A stretch of 64,000 nucleotides of DNA from an uncultured Anaerolineales bacterium (GTDB lineage Bacteria; Chloroflexota; Anaerolineae; Anaerolineales; UBA6663): contig CAZSNP010000016.1 in NCBI GenBank assembly GCA_964608265.1, forward strand, positions 5,566 to 69,565, written 5' to 3'. A program made the position numbers and the translations under genes. The notes under the pieces were generated by a model. That model was not told the DNA's origin. It searched no databases and was given only the letters and a program-made list of their open reading frames with translations. How positions within the stretch are numbered: the first letter of the stretch is position 1; each line of letters begins with the position of its first letter. This document shows positions 58,105 through 64,000 of the stretch, one piece after another.

Positions 58105-60531
58105 TCAGCTGCGAAACTCGACGGCTGACTCCGAGATCCTCAGTCGTTCGGCCAACTGCAGGGCCGGTTCCATTCGGGCGCGCGGCGCATGCGCGGCCTG
58201 TGCGCGCAGAAAGGCGAGCAACATCTCCTGCGCGCGGGCCGGGCGAATCTCAAAGCCTAAACGCTCGGCGGCAGTGATGACGTTGCTCAGGCGCAGGCTG
58301 CGTTCGGTCAGTTCGCCATCACTGATGAGGGCCTTGACGCCATCTGCCACTGCGGCCTCGAGTGTGCGCACCGCCTCGCCCGTGTCGAGTTGAATGCCGT
58401 CGCGGCGCGCCAGGTCGAGCACGCCGGCCAGGTTGGCCTCAGCCGCTTCATCCGGTTCGCGCGCCAGTTCCGCCGCGGCCTGCGCGAGTTGATGGCTGAG
58501 CGTGTATTCGGCGGCCACGCGCAGTTCGGTCGGCACCGGCATGTTGGCCTCGCGCAACGCGGCGATTGTGCCGAGATGGCGCGTGTAAATCTGTTGATAC
58601 GATTGCGCCAGCCCCGTCAGCGTCTCCTCGTCGAGCACCTTCAGCAACCGCCGCCGGTCGGAGGGCGGCAGATCGCCGAGCCCGTAAAATGTCGGGCCGA
58701 GCGCGGCCTTGAGGGTGCGCATGAGTTGGGCCTGGGTGGCGTCGGCGGGCTGATCGATGATGACGTCGCACACCTTGCGGCCATCCTGCGGATCATCACA
58801 AAACACGACCGAGGCCGCGAAGTTGTACCCGCCCAGATGCAGGGCGGCGAACGACCAGCCGGTGCGATGGCCGGTGAACTGTGACGTCATGCGTACGTGC
58901 CCGCAGACCAGCGCATACTCGCCGACGGTGGTGGTGGAGGTGAAGAGCTGCTCGATGCGCCGGCCATGCCGGTGGTAGCGCACCGGGAACGGATGGCTGA
59001 GCGCGGCGATGGCGTGGCTGGCGGCGATGCGATTGGAGTGGATGGCGACCGGCAGCACCAGCGCCTGGTAGACCCTGTCGCCCGTCGGGTGCTGGGGAAA
59101 GTTGCCCTCACACTGGGCGAGCGCGGCGAGCAACGGCGGGGTGAAATCCTGCGCCGTGACGCGCGAGGCCAGTTCGATCGCGCGCGCGGCGTACTTGAGC
59201 ACCTGGGCTGTTTCGAGGCCGGCGATGTCGTCGAAGAACCAGCCGCAACTCGTATACATGAACAACGCGTGCTTCTGCATTTCGAGCAATGTCAGCGCGC
59301 GTTCGCGTTCGTCGGCGGTTAGGTTACGGCGGGCATGTTTGGTGACGAAGGCCTCGGCCCGCTCGGGCGTGCGATTGGCCAGCAGCGCGCCGTAGGCATC
59401 GCGCACCGCCCAGGCCTCGCCCGCAAACAGGCTGCCACCCTCGCGCGCGAACACGTCGGCCAGAGCATCGCGTAATCCATCCAGGGCGGCCCGCAGCGGC
59501 GCGCGCCAGCGCTGATGCCCGCCCGGGGTGCGGCCCGTGTTGCAACTGCAATCGCGGCTCCACCGGCCCACGCCGTGCACGCAACTCCACGAGGTGTTCG
59601 GCCGGATCCGCACCTCCCACTCCGGCGGGTTGGCGTCGAGAAACGCGCCGTAGTTCGTCAGCGTGAAGCCGGCCTGGGCCGCCTGATGAGTGGCCGCGTA
59701 GATGAGGGTGCGCTCGGCGCTCTTCTTGTGATGGCCGAACGTCTCGCCGTCGGTGGCGAAGTGGATGAGCTGGCGATGCGGCCGGCGCGAGTCAATCGCC
59801 TCTTCCAGGCGGCGGATGAAATTCCAACTGCTGGCCAATGTGTCGCCGAAGCTGACGCTGTGCGCGAGCGCGCCATCGTAGAAGAACGCCACGAGGCTGC
59901 GGCCACCCGGCAGGCGGCAGAGATATGGCCGTGACGGGTCAACGCCGCCGCCGGCGACGTTCCACCACTCGCCCCCGCTCAACGGACGAATGGCGTCGGC
60001 CTGCCCCGGCGCGAGGATGACGAAACGCAAACCGGCCTCGGCCAGCACTTCCAGCGTCTCGTCGTCCACGGCCGTCTCGGCCAGCCACACCGCCTCGGCG
60101 TCGCGGCCAAAGTGGAAGCGAAAGTCAGCCAGGCCCCACTGCACCTGGGTCACTTTGTCGCGCCGGTTGGCCAGCGGCATGATGAGGTGGTTGTAAACCT
60201 GCGCGATGGCGTTGCCGTGCCCCCAGCGCGCGCGGCTCGCCGCATCGCCCGCCCTGATCCGGTCATACACATCCGGCGCGTGCTGGCGAATCCACGACAG
60301 CAGGGTGGGGCCGAAGTTGAAGGAGATGTATTCGTAGTTGTTGAGGATGTCAACCACGCGGCCATCGTCGGCCAGCACGCGGGCGAAGGCGTTGGCGCGG
60401 TAGCACTCCTCGTTGATGCGTTCGTTCCAGTCGTGAAACGGCGCGGCGGTCGGCTCGCGATCAATCTCGTCCGTCCACGGGTTCTCGCGCGGCGGCTGAT
60501 AGAAATGTCCATGAATACACAAATGGGGCAT
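58105..60531 (-). CDS. GH57-family protein with DUF3536 domain
   Basis: [80 protein letters not shown]. Start is at 60531, not 62196. Confidence 0.92.
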   Translation of the reverse strand: MPHLCIHGHFYQPPRENPWTDEIDREPTAAPFHDWNERINEECYRANAFARVLADDGRVVDILNNYEYISFNFGPTLLSWIRQHAPDVYDRIRAGDAASRARWGHGNAIAQVYNHLIMPLANRRDKVTQVQWGLADFRFHFGRDAEAVWLAETAVDDETLEVLAEAGLRFVILAPGQADAIRPLSGGEWWNVAGGGVDPSRPYLCRLPGGRSLVAFFYDGALAHSVSFGDTLASSWNFIRRLEEAIDSRRPHRQLIHFATDGETFGHHKKSAERTLIYAATHQAAQAGFTLTNYGAFLDANPPEWEVRIRPNTSWSCVHGVGRWSRDCSCNTGRTPGGHQRWRAPLRAALDGLRDALADVFAREGGSLFAGEAWAVRDAYGALLANRTPERAEAFVTKHARRNLTADERERALTLLEMQKHALFMYTSCGWFFDDIAGLETAQVLKYAARAIELASRVTAQDFTPPLLAALAQCEGNFPQHPTGDRVYQALVLPVAIHSNRIAASHAIAALSHPFPVRYHRHGRRIEQLFTSTTTVGEYALVCGHVRMTSQFTGHRTGWSFAALHLGGYNFAASVVFCDDPQDGRKVCDVIIDQPADATQAQLMRTLKAALGPTFYGLGDLPPSDRRRLLKVLDEETLTGLAQSYQQIYTRHLGTIAALREANMPVPTELRVAAEYTLSHQLAQAAAELAREPDEAAEANLAGVLDLARRDGIQLDTGEAVRTLEAAVADGVKALISDGELTERSLRLSNVITAAERLGFEIRPARAQEMLLAFLRAQAAHAPRARMEPALQLAERLRISESAVEFRS

Positions 60532-60684
60532 GGGCCTGATTATAACCGTACCTCTTCCGCACTCCGGAGCACGCATCCAACGCTCGGTGAATGAGTGTTG
60601 CCTGGCGTGCCCTGGCGAGGGGCAAGGATTAAGGTCTCCCCGAGTGTATAATCGCTGCGATCCCTCAATTTTTGGAGCGTGTTC

Positions 60685-61896
60685 ATGACGTTGGACGAAC
60701 AAGTGGCCTTGTTGATGCAGGGCACCGAGTACGGTGACGACGCGCTGCGTCAGGCGATGGAACGTGAATTGCGCGCGCGATTGGCGGAGGGCCGCCCGTT
60801 GCGCGTGTACTGCGGCTACGACCCGACCTCCACCGATCTGCATCTCGGCCACACCATCACCATGCGCAAGCTGCGCCAGTTTCAGGATTTGGGGCATGAG
60901 GTGACCTTCCTCATCGGCAGCTACACCGCGCTGGTCGGCGACCCGTCGGACAAGAACAAGGCGCGGCCGGTGCTTACGCAAGAGCAGGTGGCCGAGAACT
61001 CCCGGACCTACGCCGAGCAAGCGTTCCGCGTGCTCGACCGGGGCCGGACGCAGGTGCGGTACAACGGCGAGTGGCTGTCGGAGCTTTCGCTGGTGGATTT
61101 GATCCGGCTGGGGCAGAACTTCACCGTGCAGCAATTTCTGGTGCGCGAGAACTTCGCCAGGCGCCTCGACGCGGGCGAGCCGATCTACTTGCATGAGACG
61201 TTTTATGCGCTGATGCAGGGCTACGACGCGGTGGCGATGCGGACCGATGTGCAGGTGGGAGGCACTGATCAGCTCTTCAACATCGTGGTGGCGGGCCGCA
61301 AGCTGCAGGAGGCGCTCGGGCAAAGGCCGCTGGTCGGCATCATCACCGGCATCCTGCCCGGCACCGACGGCGTGCAGCGCATGTCCAAATCCACCGGCAA
61401 CGTCATCCCCATCAACACCACGCCCGAGGATATGTACGGCAAGATCATGTCGCTGCCCGACTTCGCCATGCCGCTGTACTTCAAGCTGGCGACGCGCTAC
61501 ACGCCGGCGCAGGTAGCCGAGGTCGAGCGCGGCTTGAGCGACGGCACGCGCCATCCGCGCGATACCAAGATGGAACTGGCGCGCGAGATCGTCGCCATCT
61601 TCTACGGCGACGACAAAGTGACCGGGGCCGAGGAACACTTCAAGACCGTTTTTCAGAGGGGCGCTGTGCCCGAGGCGATGGAGACGGTGACCGTGGCGGA
61701 CACGCCGCTGCTCGTGGAATTCCTGGCCGCGCACAAGCTCACCGCCTCCAAAGGGGAAGCCCGCCGGCTGATCGAGCAGCAGGGTGTCCGGGTGGGCGGC
61801 GAAACCGTCACCGACATCACCGCGCGGTTGGATTTCAACGGCGAAGCGGTCGTTCAGGTCGGCAAGCGCAAATTCGTGCGGGTGGTGCGCGCATAG
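60685..61896 (+). CDS. tyrS: Tyrosine--tRNA ligase
   Basis: YCGYDPT, HLGH (HIGH), MQGYD, GGTDQLFN, RMSKS (KMSKS), C-terminal S4 domain VGKRKF. Confidence 0.96.
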   Translation: MTLDEQVALLMQGTEYGDDALRQAMERELRARLAEGRPLRVYCGYDPTSTDLHLGHTITMRKLRQFQDLGHEVTFLIGSYTALVGDPSDKNKARPVLTQEQVAENSRTYAEQAFRVLDRGRTQVRYNGEWLSELSLVDLIRLGQNFTVQQFLVRENFARRLDAGEPIYLHETFYALMQGYDAVAMRTDVQVGGTDQLFNIVVAGRKLQEALGQRPLVGIITGILPGTDGVQRMSKSTGNVIPINTTPEDMYGKIMSLPDFAMPLYFKLATRYTPAQVAEVERGLSDGTRHPRDTKMELAREIVAIFYGDDKVTGAEEHFKTVFQRGAVPEAMETVTVADTPLLVEFLAAHKLTASKGEARRLIEQQGVRVGGETVTDITARLDFNGEAVVQVGKRKFVRVVRA

Positions 61897-61912
61897 AGTC
61901 GCGCATGTTACA

Positions 61913-62110
61913 ATGAGCAATCGAGCCATCCGAAAGGCGATTTTGAGTCTGCGCCGCCGAATCAGCGAACATGAGCACAAGGTTGTGCAAGAGCGCACCA
62001 GGCCGAATCCGGACGAAGGCGTCATCACCCATTGGCTCGGCGAGATCCGCGTTTTTGAGCAGCGATTGCGGCGATTGGAAGATCGATTGGCGCGACGGCG
62101 AGGCCAGTGA
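61913..62110 (+). CDS. Small basic helical hypothetical protein, 65 aa
   Basis: MSNRAIRKAILSLRRRISEHEHKV...HWLGEIRVFEQRLRRLEDRL; coiled-coil-like; lower GC than flanks. Confidence 0.7.
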   Translation: MSNRAIRKAILSLRRRISEHEHKVVQERTRPNPDEGVITHWLGEIRVFEQRLRRLEDRLARRRGQ

Positions 62111-62397
62111 CTATGGCGACTGACACACACGATGAGATAAGCCTGGCACTTGGGCTGGCTGGGGTGGAGTCCGAAGTCAATGTGGTGGCGATGCATCTGA
62201 CGGAGGTCGAGCTGGAAGCTGATCGCGTACTCGACTTATTGGCCACCCTCCGCTCAATGGCACGTCAAGGCGACGCCACCAGGACCGAGGAAACCCTCGC
62301 GGAATTGGTGATCGCCCTTGAGCATCTGGCCCATCACGCTCAAGCCGCGCTGCCCACCCTTCAACGCGAACTCGAGTTGGACTCGGCCGCAGAATAG
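62107..62397 (+). CDS. Small acidic helical hypothetical protein, 96 aa
   Basis: GTGA overlap with the upstream stop (alternative ATG at 62113); Glu/Asp/Leu-rich. Confidence 0.7.
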   Translation: MTMATDTHDEISLALGLAGVESEVNVVAMHLTEVELEADRVLDLLATLRSMARQGDATRTEETLAELVIALEHLAHHAQAALPTLQRELELDSAAE

Positions 62398-62444
62398 ATT
62401 CGGTCGCCCTCTTCCAGCCCTATGGGGTGGCCTGAGCTCTATCC

Positions 62445-64000
62445 ATGACCTGGCTCGCGCCTCCGCCGCCTGACGACACCTCCACGGCCCGGCTGGAGGA
62501 ATTGGCCGACCTGGCCGAACTGGGCCGCGCCATCCTCGGCGCACAGCTCGACCTCCACAAACTCGCCGAACTTATCTACCAGCGCGCCGGCCAGCGCGTC
62601 GACGCCACCATCTTCCAGCTTGGCCTGTTCGAGGGGGATCGCTACCGCATGCTGATCTGGGTCGTGGACGGCGAGGAACAGCCGGCCCGCGACTTCCGCC
62701 TCACGCCCGAGTCGCCCGGCATCGTCGGTTGGGTGCGCGCCAGCGGCCAGCCGCTGCTCGTGCGCGACTATGAAACCGAAATGGACACGCTGCCGGCGCG
62801 GCCCCGCTATCTCTCCGATAACCCGCCGCGCTCGGCGGTCTTCGTGCCACTCCAGGCCGGCGAGCGCGTGCTGGGCGTCATGTCCATCCAGAGCCGCGCC
62901 CCCGCTTCGTTCACCGATGAAGACCTGCGCCTGTTGACGATCTTCGCCAACACCGCCGCCGCGGCGCTCGAGAACGCGCGCCTGTACGAGCAGGCCCGGC
63001 GCCGCGCGACGCAACTGCAATTGCTGGCCGAGGTCTCGCAGCAGCTCAACATCCTGCAGCCGCTGCCCACCTTTTATCAGCAGGTGGTTGATCTGATCAG
63101 CGGTCAGTTCTACGACGTCTTCGCCAGCCTGTTCGAGCTGGAGCGCGGCGCGCTGCGCCTCGTCGCCACCACCCGGCCGGATTGGAAGGGCGCGACGCTG
63201 ATCGTGCCGCTGGGCACCGGGCCGGTCGGCGAGGCGGCGCAATTGATGCGGCCCGTGATCCTGCAGGATTTGCCGGAGTATCACCTCGACGCCGCCGAGG
63301 CCTTTGCCGCCACCCTGCACGCCGAGATGGCGCTGCCGCTCGAGGTCGAGGGCCGCACGCTGGGGGTGTTGAGTGTGCAGAGCCAAACCACCGCGTTTGA
63401 TGAAACGATGCAGTCCCTGTTTCAATCGCTGGCCGCGCAGATGGCCTTTGCCGCGCTCGAGGCGCAGGTGTACGCCGCCGAGCAGCGCCGCGCCGAACAG
63501 TTGGCCGCCATCTCTCAGGCCTCGCGCGTCGTGGTCTCCACTCTCGAACTCGATCAGTTGCTCGAGCAGGTGCTCGAACTGGCAGAGGATCGCTTTGGTT
63601 TCGCGCGCACGCAGATCTACTTGTTGCACGAAGGGCGGCTGGTGTATCAGGCCGGCACGCAGGCGTGGGAGGCGCGCTGGGGCAACGAGCCGCTCGCCTA
63701 TCCGGTGGACGGCCCCGGCCTCATCGCCCTGACGGGCCGCACGCTGAGACCGAGGCTGGTGGAGGACGTGCGCCTCAATCCGGACTACGTCGCCGGGCCG
63801 GGCCTCGATGACACGCGCAGCGAGATGACGGCGCCGATGCTGATGGCCGACCGGCTGCTCGGGGTGGTGGACGTGCAGTCGGACGAGGTGGCCGCGTTCA
63901 ACGACGACGATTTGCAGACGCTGCAAACGCTGGCCGATACGCTGGCCATCGCGGTCCGCAACGCGCGGCTGTTCGAAGCCGAACGGCGCCGCCGCCAACT
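62445..64000 (+). CDS. 3'-truncated multi-GAF-domain signalling protein (output domain outside window)
   Basis: Not in the ORF track because it has no stop in the window. Translates MTWLAPPP...; three GAF units ending LGVMSIQS..F..EDLRLL, LGVLSVQS..AFDE and LGVVDVQS..AFNDDDLQTL. Confidence 0.9.
   Translation, partial: MTWLAPPPPDDTSTARLEELADLAELGRAILGAQLDLHKLAELIYQRAGQRVDATIFQLGLFEGDRYRMLIWVVDGEEQPARDFRLTPESPGIVGWVRASGQPLLVRDYETEMDTLPARPRYLSDNPPRSAVFVPLQAGERVLGVMSIQSRAPASFTDEDLRLLTIFANTAAAALENARLYEQARRRATQLQLLAEVSQQLNILQPLPTFYQQVVDLISGQFYDVFASLFELERGALRLVATTRPDWKGATLIVPLGTGPVGEAAQLMRPVILQDLPEYHLDAAEAFAATLHAEMALPLEVEGRTLGVLSVQSQTTAFDETMQSLFQSLAAQMAFAALEAQVYAAEQRRAEQLAAISQASRVVVSTLELDQLLEQVLELAEDRFGFARTQIYLLHEGRLVYQAGTQAWEARWGNEPLAYPVDGPGLIALTGRTLRPRLVEDVRLNPDYVAGPGLDDTRSEMTAPMLMADRLLGVVDVQSDEVAAFNDDDLQTLQTLADTLAIAVRNARLFEAERRRRQ

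Noticed and set aside
60540-60684. T-box riboswitch upstream of tyrS
   Set aside because: The leader after TATAAT is only about 30 nt, with no T-box consensus or terminator/antiterminator.
60532-62196. Apparent 1363-aa ORF 58105-62196
   Set aside because: The first ~555 codons are antisense to tyrS and the small-gene pair. The GH57 motif HGHFYQP starts right after ATG 60531, which has its own -10 element.
1-64000. CRISPR arrays, tRNA, rRNA, tmRNA, RNase P and transposase genes
   Set aside because: No regularly spaced direct repeats, cloverleaf/T-loop signatures or DDE/Y1 ORFs were seen on manual inspection; a tRNAscan/Infernal run would be needed to exclude divergent cases.

Overview
About 64 kb of high-GC bacterial chromosome, densely coding on both strands. 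The gene repertoire suggests Chloroflexota, probably Anaerolineae-like (inference from the C-terminal YLPxI motif, GH57/DUF3536, Agl23-like/NHL fusion, O-antigen-ligase-family genes with no LPS genes, and many short palindromic and heptamer repeats). I can support about 54 CDS. Housekeeping genes: scpB, tilS, rluB, sucCD, rsmD, tyrS, pepF. Glycogen genes are dispersed (debranching enzyme, glgP, glgB, GH57). There is also a MacAB-like ABC exporter, a Tat-exported DUF1800/DUF1501 pair, a cell-surface glycosylation locus and several signalling genes. I found no rRNA, tRNA, CRISPR array, transposase or prophage. Most notable: (1) four apparent pseudo-enzymes, namely a Xer-like recombinase lacking the catalytic Tyr about 2 kb from scpB, a 1149-aa membrane histidine kinase with a ~450-aa coiled coil and Gln in place of the phospho-His, a glycosidase/O-antigen-ligase fusion with Asn at the apparent nucleophile, and an SDR lacking YxxxK; (2) a 200-bp MITE-like element with a 9-bp target duplication next to a ~120-nt three-way-junction RNA candidate; (3) a long rod-like hairpin upstream of sucC; (4) a low-GC, translationally coupled small-gene pair after tyrS; (5) a one-base-frameshifted MFS gene; (6) several probable leaderless genes. 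All family calls come from motif recognition by eye; no database searches were run.
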